In this document: positions 30,303-39,250 of the stretch, in pieces | How the letters are laid out: every line of letters starts with the position of its first letter | Position numbering within the stretch: position 1 is the stretch's first letter | From: an uncultured Fibrobacterota bacterium | GTDB lineage: Bacteria; Fibrobacterota; Chitinivibrionia; Chitinivibrionales; FEN-1185 | Reading direction: 5' to 3' | NCBI GenBank assembly: GCA_963729895.1 | Contig: CAVSQB010000002.1 | Coordinates: 53,512 to 117,511, forward strand | Length of the DNA stretch: 64,000 nucleotides | Position numbers and translations under genes: made by a program | Notes under the pieces: model-generated | Told to the model about the DNA's origin: nothing | Seen by the model: only the letters and a program-made list of their open reading frames with translations | The model's database searches: none

Positions 30303-30316
30303 GCGGGGCCGGCGCG

Positions 30317-31210
30317 TCATGGCGTAAACAGCGGTTCCTCAAATTCTCCCACGAACACGACCTCGGGCTCAAGCACAATACCGTCTTTTTGATACACGGT
30401 TCTCTGAATGTAAACGATCAGCGCGCGCACGTCGGCGGCACGCGCGCCGCCGCGGTTCACGATGAAGTTGGCGTGTTTGCGCGACACCTCCGCGGCGCCC
30501 ACCGACGCGCCTTTGAGCCCGCATTGCTCGATGAGCTTCCCGGCCGTAGTGCCGTCGGGGTTCTTGAAGACGCTGCCGCAGTTGGGAAGGTCGAGCGGGT
30601 GCCGGTCTTTGCGTTTGGCAAGCACGTCTGAATACGAGCGCCGCGCCGCGCCCGATGCGTCATGCGCAAAACGGAAAACCGCGGAAAGGATGACGGAACC
30701 CCCGAACCGGAACATGGTTCCTCGATACGACGCGCCGATGTCCCGCGCGGCAACCGTCCGTATCTCGACCTCGGGCAGGGAAATGAACCTGACCGTTTTC
30801 AGGCAATCGCTCACGCTCTGGCCGAAAGCGCCCGCGTTCATCACCAGGGCCCCGCCAACACTGCCCGGAATGCCCGCGAGCTTCTCGAGGCCCGTGCAGT
30901 CCCGCTCGACCGATTCCTTGACAAGAGCATGAAGCGGCGTTCCGCTTTTGCATTCTGCGCTGTCGCCGTCCCATGCGATGCCCGCCCAGTGCGCCGACAG
31001 GTCAACCACAAGGCCGTTGCAGCCCGCGTCGCTCACCAGCACGTTGGAGCCGTTTCCAAGCACAAAAAGGGGCATGCCGCGCGTGCGCGCCTCCAGACAC
31101 GCGTCGCGGATTTCGTCCAGGGTTGCCGGCTCGCAGTAGAGCAGCGCAGGACCGCCTATCCTGAAGCTCGTCTTGTCGCTGAGGGGAACGTTACTGAAGA
31201 GTTTTTCCAT
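30317..31210 (-). CDS. murB: UDP-N-acetylenolpyruvoylglucosamine reductase
   Basis: TSFRIGGPA, LGNGSNVLVSD, GIPGSVGGALVMNAGAFG, CGSVFKNP, VSRKHANFIVN, LEPEV. Confidence 0.95.
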   Translation of the reverse strand: MEKLFSNVPLSDKTSFRIGGPALLYCEPATLDEIRDACLEARTRGMPLFVLGNGSNVLVSDAGCNGLVVDLSAHWAGIAWDGDSAECKSGTPLHALVKESVERDCTGLEKLAGIPGSVGGALVMNAGAFGQSVSDCLKTVRFISLPEVEIRTVAARDIGASYRGTMFRFGGSVILSAVFRFAHDASGAARRSYSDVLAKRKDRHPLDLPNCGSVFKNPDGTTAGKLIEQCGLKGASVGAAEVSRKHANFIVNRGGARAADVRALIVYIQRTVYQKDGIVLEPEVVFVGEFEEPLFTP

Positions 31211-33119
31211 CCGACGCCTTTTCGTCCTGAAAAATCCTGCAGGTGCCGCTGGAAATGAAGAATTCCACGATTGAGGAGTCGAGATGGTGCGCCGCGGCCT
31301 CGGCGCGAAGGATCTCGAACGCCTTGTGGGGCGGCATCTTCGGTTTGTAGGGACGGTCCTGCGCCACGAGCGCTTCGTATATGTCAATCACCGCAAGCGC
31401 CTTACTCTCAAAACTGAGCTGGTGCTCCGTGAGGCCGTCGGGGTAGCCCGACCCGTCGAGCCGCTCGTGGTGATGACTCGCGATTTCGGGGATCTGTTCG
31501 AGCCCGCGCGTCCATGGAATCCTCGAAAGAATGCGGCGCGTCGCCTGGGCATGCGAATTGACGCGCTCCCGTTCCTTTACGGCGAGGTTGCCCGTCCTCA
31601 CGCTGAGGCTCTCGAACTCGCGGTCGGAAAGGAACGGCTGCACTCGGCCGTCCGAATCCTGATAGGTTTTTTCGCGAATGCCCTTGAGCCGCTCAAAGTC
31701 CTTGTCGCCCACGCGGCCCGCCCTGTTGAGGGTTTCGAGAAATTCGACATCGGCGTCGACCGCAGCGGGCGACGGCCACGCGGCCGCGCCGCGGGGCAAA
31801 AGCAACTTGACGTATTGCGCGCGCATGCGGACCACCGCCATGGCGTCGGGCGACAGGCGGGACTCCTTGGTGAGCAGCGCCTCGGGAACGCCGATCTTGC
31901 CGATGTCGTGCAGGAGCGCCGCAAACCTGAACTGGTTCTTGCGGTCTTCGGAGAACCGCAGGCCGCCGAACGGCCCGCCGTTCTCCCGGTTGACCGCATC
32001 GGCAAACGCCATGGCGTAGCCCATCACCCGCCGCGAATGGCCGTAGGTGACCCTATCCCGTTCGTCAATTGCTGCAATCGACGAGCGAAGATATCCCTCA
32101 AAAATGTCCCGTATTTCCCAGTGCAATTGCACGCGCTCGATTGACACGGCGGCCTGCGATGCGATGGAGAGCACGAAGTCCTCGTCCGGCAGGGTGAACG
32201 AGACAACGTATTTGTCAACATCGGAGGGCGAAATCAGGCGGCAGGCGGTATTCTCTTTTTTGTTCATGAGCTGGAGCACGCCGGTCACGTTCCCGTCAAG
32301 GTTCTTAAGCGGGACGGTGAGCATCGACTTCACGCAGTAGCCGAATTTCTCCTCATATTCCTTGCGGGCCATTTTGTAGGGAACGGCATCGCCGAGCGCG
32401 GCGGCATCCTCGATGCTGACCGTTTTCCCGTGGAGCGCGACAAAGCCGGCAACCGACGTTTCGTCGATGGGGACCGAAAATTCACTAGACGCTTTCCCGA
32501 TGTCAACCGAATCGTTCTGCGATGTTTTGAACCGCAGCCTGTTCACAAACGGCCCGCCCGGGGCGCTTTTTTCCCTTATGTAAATGCTTCCCGCGTCCGC
32601 CGCCACGAGGTCACGGCTTTCGGTAAGGATAAGCGAGAGAAGCGCTTCGAGATCGTTCTGGTGCGACAGCGCGGTCCCGATGGTAATCAACTGCTTCTTT
32701 TGTTTCCGGTACTTCATCACCTCGCCCATGACCTCGCGCTTCTGCTGCATGAGCGCGGCGTTCCGCACGATCCCCGTCATGATGTTGAGGCACTCGAGCC
32801 GGGACAGGGGCGAGCGGAAAAGGCCGGCAACGGGCATGTCCGCGAGAAAGACCGGGGCTTCCTGTGTGTCAATGCGCTGGTACAACGGTATTTCCTGTCC
32901 GAAGCCGATCGGCATCACGCCGAACAGGTCGAGCAGTGCCTGCCTGGAACAAGGTAGAAACGAAATGCAGCCCGCGGGCGGCGCCGCGCGCGATTCGAGC
33001 GACAGGGGCTCGTTCGCATGATGCATCCTCGTTTGGAGGGCGGCATTGGAAGCCGATGCCGTGAGGGCTTCCCTGTCTGCCGGTGGAATTTCGCCGAGGA
33101 GGATTATATATGGTTCCAT
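31191..33119 (-). CDS. GAF + HD-GYP domain c-di-GMP phosphodiesterase
   Basis: GAF (DAGSIY, SMLTVPL, GVLQLMNK); HSRRV, LHDIGK, HHERLDGSGYP, DIYEAL..DRPYK. Confidence 0.92.
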   Translation of the reverse strand: MEPYIILLGEIPPADREALTASASNAALQTRMHHANEPLSLESRAAPPAGCISFLPCSRQALLDLFGVMPIGFGQEIPLYQRIDTQEAPVFLADMPVAGLFRSPLSRLECLNIMTGIVRNAALMQQKREVMGEVMKYRKQKKQLITIGTALSHQNDLEALLSLILTESRDLVAADAGSIYIREKSAPGGPFVNRLRFKTSQNDSVDIGKASSEFSVPIDETSVAGFVALHGKTVSIEDAAALGDAVPYKMARKEYEEKFGYCVKSMLTVPLKNLDGNVTGVLQLMNKKENTACRLISPSDVDKYVVSFTLPDEDFVLSIASQAAVSIERVQLHWEIRDIFEGYLRSSIAAIDERDRVTYGHSRRVMGYAMAFADAVNRENGGPFGGLRFSEDRKNQFRFAALLHDIGKIGVPEALLTKESRLSPDAMAVVRMRAQYVKLLLPRGAAAWPSPAAVDADVEFLETLNRAGRVGDKDFERLKGIREKTYQDSDGRVQPFLSDREFESLSVRTGNLAVKERERVNSHAQATRRILSRIPWTRGLEQIPEIASHHHERLDGSGYPDGLTEHQLSFESKALAVIDIYEALVAQDRPYKPKMPPHKAFEILRAEAAAHHLDSSIVEFFISSGTCRIFQDEKASDGKTLQ

Positions 33120-33190
33120 ATCGGTAAATTAGGTCGGGATGGAAGGAACTGACAATAGAATTCTTCGGGAGAACCATGCCTGCGGCGCGA

Positions 33191-33235
33191 CCATGGCCGG
33201 GACGTTCCGCTTTAGGCGGAACGTCCCGGCCATGG
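33191..33235. repeat. Perfect 20-bp-stem hairpin just downstream of the ferredoxin gene
   Basis: CCATGGCCGGGACGTTCCGC-TTTAG-GCGGAACGTCCCGGCCATGG; no poly-U tail. Confidence 0.85.
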
Positions 33236-33254
33236 CGAACACGTGGAGTCTGCG

Positions 33255-33422
33255 TCAGCCCTTGATGGCTTCCGCAGGGCATGCTGTTGCGCATGCTCCG
33301 CAATCGGTGCACTTTGCCGCATCAATCACGTAGATGGGATCGCCTTCGCTGATCGCTTCAACCGGACATTCTGGAACGCACGTTCCGCACGCGACGCATG
33401 CATCAGTAATAACATGAGGCAT
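33255..33422 (-). CDS. 2[4Fe-4S] ferredoxin
   Basis: CVACGTCVPECP and CTDCGACATACP in 55 aa; AAGGAG RBS. Confidence 0.95.
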   Translation of the reverse strand: MPHVITDACVACGTCVPECPVEAISEGDPIYVIDAAKCTDCGACATACPAEAIKG

Positions 33423-33709
33423 TGTTTTCTCCTTCAAAAAAGGTGGAAGTCGGTGGAATTTTTATCTAAAATTATTTGATCCTTTCAAAACGGTCAAGGG
33501 AAATGTGGGCCTTCTGGAAGGCTTCTTTAACGGCCTGTGCCTGCCGTCGGCACAATCGGAACCGGTAAGAAGATTTTCCTGTGATTCAAAACCGTTTGTA
33601 TCTTATTTTTTTTGAGCGCTTGTCCCGCTGAGCGGGCGACTGCCTCGCGCTAGGAAGAAAAGGGGGCTGTACGTACAACAAGGCAGATACGACGACATCT
33701 TTCCGGTCG

Positions 33710-34034
33710 GTGGACAGCGATGCTCACGTCCGGAAAGAATTCCTGGAACATGTCGTTCCCGCGTACGTTGTGGAACCGCCCGATCTCGTTCTCCACGTGA
33801 CGATTCTCAACCTACTGTGGTACGCCATGGAATGCATCAACTCGCTCCCCGGCATCCCGGGCAGGAATGCCCACGCAGGCGAGCATTTCATCAAATGTAT
33901 TTCATTCCTCAAGGCCATTGTCGGCGCGCGACGAAATCGCGGCAAAGGCCACCTACCTGGAATGGCTCGCGGTCTGCATCTCGGAGGAGTTTAGGCTCCC
34001 GAGCACGGGAGGAGAGCAACGCCAAGGAAGTTAG
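33710..34034 (+). pseudogene. Possible frameshifted small hypothetical gene
   Basis: High-GC3 codons to ..FLKAIVG, continuing in another frame as DEIAAKATYLEWLAVCISEEFRL.. after a GGCGCGCG run near 33922-33930. Confidence 0.35.
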
Positions 34035-34329
34035 CAGCAATCCGCCACGATTGAATCCGCAAAATTCCCGGGTTCGCAACCGGTTCCAGCGCGTCGCAAC
34101 GCCACATCCGAGTCCATGCAAGGGAGAACACCGTGGGTAAAAGGACCGACATCACACTTTCCATAGGCCCCGCCGGATTGAGCAGACGCGAGAGTTCCGC
34201 ATTCATGTATTTTGAATGGCCTTTTTCTTTGGCGCGCGGGCACGAAAGCCGGATAGCCCTTGATTATCCGTCGCCCGTTTACAATAATAGGAACATGGTC
34301 CAGCCGTCCTTTTCAGCAGCCCGGACACA

Positions 34330-35922
34330 ATGAGAAAACAGCAACGGCCCCCGAAAACGGCCCCAAAGAAAGCGCGACCCAACGCGGCGCAACCGAAGTC
34401 GCCTGTGCAAGCGGGCTCGTCCGACAGCGCACACCCGCTCAAGATCCTCATGGTCGCTTCAGAAATGGTCCCCTATGTAAAGGCAGGCGGGCTGGGCGAC
34501 ATCGTGGGTTCGCTGTCCGCCGAGCTGTCCCGTCTCGGGCACGAGGTGCGCGTGGTGATCCCGAGATATTCTTCGCTCAACGTCCAGGGACAGGCGGTTA
34601 CCACGGTGCTTCCCTCCATGGGCGTGTGGATGGGCGGCGTCTGCGAATGGTGCACGGTATCGTCGATGAGTACCGGCGCAGGGGTTACCGTGTACCTCAT
34701 CGAGCACAACCTGTATTTCAACAGGGAAGGCATTTACCACGACAACTCGATGCATGACTACCTCGACAATCCGAGAAGGTTCGCGTTCCTCTCGCGCGCC
34801 GCGCTCCAGCTGTGCATCGACACGCGCTTCAGGCCCGATATCGTGCACGCAAACGACTGGCAGACCTCGCTGGCGCCCGCCTACCTCAAGGCCTGGCACT
34901 GGAACGATGCGATGCTGGGCCGCGCCGCGTCGGTGTTCACCATCCACAACCTTGCTTACCAGGGCGTGTACGCGCACGACAACTGGGCCTACCTGGGCCT
35001 TGGCGACCGGAACTTTACAGAGAAGAAATTTGAATCCTTCGGGCGGATCAACATGCTGAAGGGCGGCATTTACTACGCCGACGCGGTGAATACCGTAAGC
35101 CCAGCCTACGCCCGCGAGACCACCACGCCGGACGGCGGGTTCGGCCTTGCACCGTACCTGAGCGACAAGGGCGACAATTACACCGGCATTCTCAACGGCG
35201 TCGACTATGGCCTCTGGTCACCCGAGAAGGACGCCTTCATCCCCAAACGGTATTCCGCAGCGGACATGAAGGGCAAGGCGGAGTGCAAACGCGCTTTGCA
35301 AAAGGAATTTCTCCTCAGGGAAGACGGCTCGGTCGCGCTCATCGGCGCCATCGGCAGGCTGGTGCACCAAAAAGGGTTCGAGCTCATCGCCGGGAGCGTG
35401 GAGAACATCCTCAATTCCATGCAGGTGCAGGTGGTGGTCCTCGGATCGGGCGAAGGCTCGCTCGAGCACTATTTCGGCGAATTGCCCAAACGGTATCCGG
35501 GCCGGGCCGGGTCGTTTATCGGTTTCAACAACAGCCTCGCACACCGGATCGAAGGGGGCTGCGACTTCTTTCTCATGCCCTCGCTCAACGAGCCATGCGG
35601 TCTCAACCAGATGTATTCTCTCCGCTACGGGACCCTACCCATCGTCCGGGCCACCGGCGGCCTCGACGACACCGTGGTCAACTACAACGAAGCGACAGGC
35701 GACGGCACAGGCTTCAAGTTCTGGGAGCCTTCTCCGCGGGCACTGTATTACACCGTGGGATGGGCGATATCCACCTACTACGACCGCAAACAGCACATGG
35801 CCAAGCTGGTATCCGCGGCCATGCGCCAGGATTTCTCCTGGGGCCGCAGCGCGCTGGAATATGTGAAGCTGTACCGCAAGGCCATGGAGAATAAGAAGAA
35901 TTATGATGCACGATGTGGATAG
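34330..35922 (+). CDS. glgA: Glycogen synthase
   Basis: KAGGLGD, HANDWQT, TIHNLAYQG, TVSPAYA, GILNGVD, RLVHQKG, MPSLNEPCGLNQM, TGGLDDTV. Confidence 0.95.
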   Translation: MRKQQRPPKTAPKKARPNAAQPKSPVQAGSSDSAHPLKILMVASEMVPYVKAGGLGDIVGSLSAELSRLGHEVRVVIPRYSSLNVQGQAVTTVLPSMGVWMGGVCEWCTVSSMSTGAGVTVYLIEHNLYFNREGIYHDNSMHDYLDNPRRFAFLSRAALQLCIDTRFRPDIVHANDWQTSLAPAYLKAWHWNDAMLGRAASVFTIHNLAYQGVYAHDNWAYLGLGDRNFTEKKFESFGRINMLKGGIYYADAVNTVSPAYARETTTPDGGFGLAPYLSDKGDNYTGILNGVDYGLWSPEKDAFIPKRYSAADMKGKAECKRALQKEFLLREDGSVALIGAIGRLVHQKGFELIAGSVENILNSMQVQVVVLGSGEGSLEHYFGELPKRYPGRAGSFIGFNNSLAHRIEGGCDFFLMPSLNEPCGLNQMYSLRYGTLPIVRATGGLDDTVVNYNEATGDGTGFKFWEPSPRALYYTVGWAISTYYDRKQHMAKLVSAAMRQDFSWGRSALEYVKLYRKAMENKKNYDARCG

Positions 35923-36031
35923 GGCAATAACCGGATTAAGAGTTGGTTGACTGAGCCGGAAATCACAATAAATAAGTGCTTTGGGATAGCAGTGCCGGGT
36001 GACCCCATAACTGGAGTAAATGGGTCAAGAC

Positions 36032-36467
36032 TTGGGCGCCCCGCCGAGTACAGCGGCGGCCCTCCTTTCAGGCTCGGCCGGTTGGCCTCGGTGCAGCCTG
36101 CCACGAAGCGCGTTGTCCCGATACGCCGCTCCCCGAGTGTCCCGCGGGATGTATCGAGGGGAGCGGCACTCGACAACCGCGCCGCGGTCAGGCTGCACTG
36201 CGCTCCTACGCACCTTCCAGTCCTGCCTAGCGCTTGGCAGAAGGGAATGTCCACAATTGTCAAGATAGATCGAGTTACTACCGGTTGGAATGTTGGCGAG
36301 TTAGTTCGGTTGAGAATTTTGTAACCGGGTGCCGTTACGGTGCGCGCAACGGGAGATTCGGCCTTGCCAGGGTACATCCACGCCGCACCGGCTCAGCAAT
36401 CCAAAATCGAACTAAATTGATGTAGTTGTCGTGGCACCCGCTCCGCACACAAAAATAGTATCTTCAT
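36032..36467. repeat. Structured intergenic repeat, copy 1
   Basis: Colinear and visibly highly similar to 45822-46252; lies between convergent glgA and FISUMP genes. Confidence 0.92.
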
Positions 36468-36532
36468 TTTGACATTCGCCGCGCACACCGGCAACGCGGT
36501 AGTGGCCGCCCCTTGGCAAAACAGCTATTCCC

Positions 36533-37228
36533 TCAATTTCTCACACACCGCACGCTGAACCCCGAATTCATATCCGTGTAGCTGCGGTTTGCGGGAGCAT
36601 AATTGTAGCCCACATACCGGTACCACGCAAGACCGGCGCTGTTGGCCGTCGCCGACCACCAGTACCCGTACATTCCGCCGGACTGGAACACGCCGTCGTA
36701 CGTGCGGTAGCCGCCCGGCAGCGCAGAAAACCCAGTCTGGTCCGTCGCGCCTGTGTTGGGAGAGCTCCACAGCGATGTTCCGGTGTCCTTGAGTTCCCCG
36801 CCCGCCACACTGTCTCCCAAAAAATCCATCAGCGTGCTCCACTCGGTGTCCGTGGCAACGTGCCAGCCGGCCGGGGCAAGTTTTCCGGTGTTCACCGAAT
36901 ACCAATTGTAAAGAGCTCCCCAGGTCGTCCTGCCGGCGGCGGAGTCGCCCTCGTACCAGCAATACCCCGGGGTCGTGTCCGCGGCCCACGCACTGTCGCC
37001 GGAAACCAGCGGGATTGCGGTGCCGTCATTAAACCTGGTGGTTTGCAGGTTCTCCGCCATCCACACCTGGTTTCCTATGGCGACCGTGTGATACACATTC
37101 CCGTCAATATCGGTGATCGTCACGGGCGGCGGAATGCTGTTGCCCTTCCCGCCGCCGTTCGGTGAGCACAGCCATAACGCCGACATAACGGCCGCCAGGC
37201 AAAAAGGACGCATTGCGTTTCCTGTCAT
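36533..37228 (-). CDS. FISUMP (Fibrobacter succinogenes major paralogous domain) protein, probably exported
   Basis: TDIDGNVYHTVAIGNQVWMAENL, GALYNW, LAPAGWHVATDTEW, TGFSALPGGYR, GYWWSAT, GFSVRCVRN; GGAGG RBS before ATG 37228. Confidence 0.92.
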   Translation of the reverse strand: MTGNAMRPFCLAAVMSALWLCSPNGGGKGNSIPPPVTITDIDGNVYHTVAIGNQVWMAENLQTTRFNDGTAIPLVSGDSAWAADTTPGYCWYEGDSAAGRTTWGALYNWYSVNTGKLAPAGWHVATDTEWSTLMDFLGDSVAGGELKDTGTSLWSSPNTGATDQTGFSALPGGYRTYDGVFQSGGMYGYWWSATANSAGLAWYRYVGYNYAPANRSYTDMNSGFSVRCVRN

Positions 37229-37315
37229 CGGTAAATCCTCCGCTGAGAATATACCCTTTCGTGCGTTTCTTTTCAACTTTTCGCGGCCGGGAAAGGAAGA
37301 CCCATGGAAGGCAGA

Positions 37316-37894
37316 TCACCGTTTCTTGAACGAAAAGACCAGGTCCCTGGCAGGCATGAAATCGCTCTTTGTGAAGGAATAGACGAGCGAACCATTCCTC
37401 TGGTACACCGTATCGCTTTCGTACGACATAAAAGTGAGAACCGCACGTGACGGGACCGTCACCGAATAGTTGCTTTTGCCAAGAGGTTTCTGCCAGCTCT
37501 TTGTGGTGGTGAGAATGTACCTTCCGGTGTTTCCATTGAGTCTTTGACGGTACACGACGGTCGTTGTGCCGGTGTCCCCTTTCCCGATTGTTACCGGGAT
37601 AAGGATCATCGCCTGATCCGGATGGGATTGGAAAGCGACAGGCCCTGCCTTGTCCGTTACGCGTATCGCATGCGGAAAAGCAATCGTCGAATCGACCGGG
37701 AAAGGGTAGACAACCGACGTGGTCAGGACCGAGCCGTCCTTGGCGGCAAAGAAATATTCGCCGGTGACGCACATGGTGTCCGGCAGGCGCAGTGAGACAT
37801 AGATGTTCTCTTTGACAAAGTCGAGGTTCCCGGCAAAAACAGGTGCCGCGAGAAGGAATGCGGGAAGGAGCCGGGCAAGGGGCGTTTTGTTCAT
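37316..37894 (-). CDS. Secreted hypothetical protein (resembles DUF4424-type beta-sandwich proteins)
   Basis: Signal peptide; F..ENI, YPFP, YILTTTKSWQKPL, FMPARDL; ATGA overlap with upstream gene. Family call is tentative. Confidence 0.7.
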   Translation of the reverse strand: MNKTPLARLLPAFLLAAPVFAGNLDFVKENIYVSLRLPDTMCVTGEYFFAAKDGSVLTTSVVYPFPVDSTIAFPHAIRVTDKAGPVAFQSHPDQAMILIPVTIGKGDTGTTTVVYRQRLNGNTGRYILTTTKSWQKPLGKSNYSVTVPSRAVLTFMSYESDTVYQRNGSLVYSFTKSDFMPARDLVFSFKKR

Positions 37895-39225
37895 TTGACA
37901 ATAAAGCGTTTTTCGGCTGAAAAGGATCGGGAACAGACTTCGGCGACATAGGTTCCGGGATGCACTCCGGAATTCCAGACGGTGGAATACGTGCCTGCGC
38001 CATGGTCGGCGATTTGCGACGTGTAGAGGCGCTTGCCGTTTACGGAGAAGATCGACAGGGCGTAGTCGCCGGAAGCGGCGGGGGCGTTGAAGATGACAAG
38101 AACGGAATTGGAATGATCCTGACCGGTGATTGCAAAGATGGCCGGCGAAGATCTCTGCGGCCTCCTGGTGGAGGCGCCGCGTACGGCGGTATTATCGAAC
38201 CTGCAGACAACACTCGTGGTGCACCCGGCCGCCACGGTGAATGGGCCGAAGTCGTACGGGCCGGTGAGGGTGTAAAATATTTCAAGAGAAATCTGGGTCT
38301 GTGGAGCCAGGAGCGACAGAATGAAATGGCCGGTGCTATCCGTGTAGATAGTGCCCTGTCCCAGTGATCCTGAAGACAACTTGAACATAACCCAGGTATT
38401 GGGGATGGGCTGGCTGTCTTTGTCGCAGGCAAAACCCAGGAAGGTGCCGACATTGGCGAATGAGTCAACCTCACATGTTACCTTCGTCGTGCAGCCTGGC
38501 GCCGAAGTAAATGGCCCGAAAGATTGGTTGGCGATGATAAACGACGTCGTATAGTAACCCAAGATATTTGACAAGCAAAAATAGCCATTCTGATCAGAGA
38601 AAAAACTGTAGGAATTGTCGGTCCTCACTATGGATGCGTTCGGGATGGGATTGCCGTCCTTGCGGCAAACAAAACCCCGCATCACCCCGTAGATTCCCGG
38701 CGAATCGTTCGCATAGCCGAGAGTGGGAAAAGCGTCTATGCACCATTGAATATATGGAATCGGTACCCCCGACACATAATCAGGGCGAGCCCACTCGAAC
38801 GCCTCCATGGATTGCGTCGGCGTGATTCTTTTGTCAATTGGGCAGTTCCACGTATCAAAGCTATCTATCGTCAAATCCGGCTCGTCACGACGCATCAGCA
38901 CGGTGTCGCCCGGGTGCAGCCTCACGGTGGGGTACTGCTGGGGCGTGATCAGGCCGTACCCGTTCTTGTTGACAGTGACTGTCGGGCGATATGACGGGCT
39001 TATCCCCTGACAAACGAGATAAAACCTGTTTGTGACTGAATCGGGCGGCAAGGCCAGACCGGAATAGATAAACTCGACCGTCCAATGAGTCGAATCCCGG
39101 ACCTGGACCTCGGAGAGCAGGACAAACTCGGTGGGCGATTTGGGATTGGACAGGCCCGCTGCGACGGTCGCCAGCACGGTGAACGCGGTCGCGACCGGAA
39201 TACGGCCAAAAGGTTTCAGTTTCAT
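37891..39225 (-). CDS. Secreted paralog 3 with T9SS-like CTD and a duplicated middle domain
   Basis: AGGAG RBS; signal peptide then NP; LSEVQ..DSTHW motif; two copies of G...GF.C.KD..PIPN..FGPFT..GCTT.V.C; CTD IFSVNGK..W..GTYVA. Confidence 0.82.
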   Translation of the reverse strand: MKLKPFGRIPVATAFTVLATVAAGLSNPKSPTEFVLLSEVQVRDSTHWTVEFIYSGLALPPDSVTNRFYLVCQGISPSYRPTVTVNKNGYGLITPQQYPTVRLHPGDTVLMRRDEPDLTIDSFDTWNCPIDKRITPTQSMEAFEWARPDYVSGVPIPYIQWCIDAFPTLGYANDSPGIYGVMRGFVCRKDGNPIPNASIVRTDNSYSFFSDQNGYFCLSNILGYYTTSFIIANQSFGPFTSAPGCTTKVTCEVDSFANVGTFLGFACDKDSQPIPNTWVMFKLSSGSLGQGTIYTDSTGHFILSLLAPQTQISLEIFYTLTGPYDFGPFTVAAGCTTSVVCRFDNTAVRGASTRRPQRSSPAIFAITGQDHSNSVLVIFNAPAASGDYALSIFSVNGKRLYTSQIADHGAGTYSTVWNSGVHPGTYVAEVCSRSFSAEKRFIVK

Positions 39226-39250
39226 GAGAGTTCTCCTGCGTCGGCTTTTC

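Noticed and set aside
35901..36377. ORFs of 60-158 aa over repeat copies 1 and 2 with similar translations
   Set aside because: The similarity comes from the DNA repeat; indels between copies break frames, so conservation is not at protein level.
36533..36760. FISUMP C-terminus as a diversity-generating retroelement target
   Set aside because: No template repeat differing at adenines and no reverse transcriptase in the window; a remote DGR cannot be excluded.
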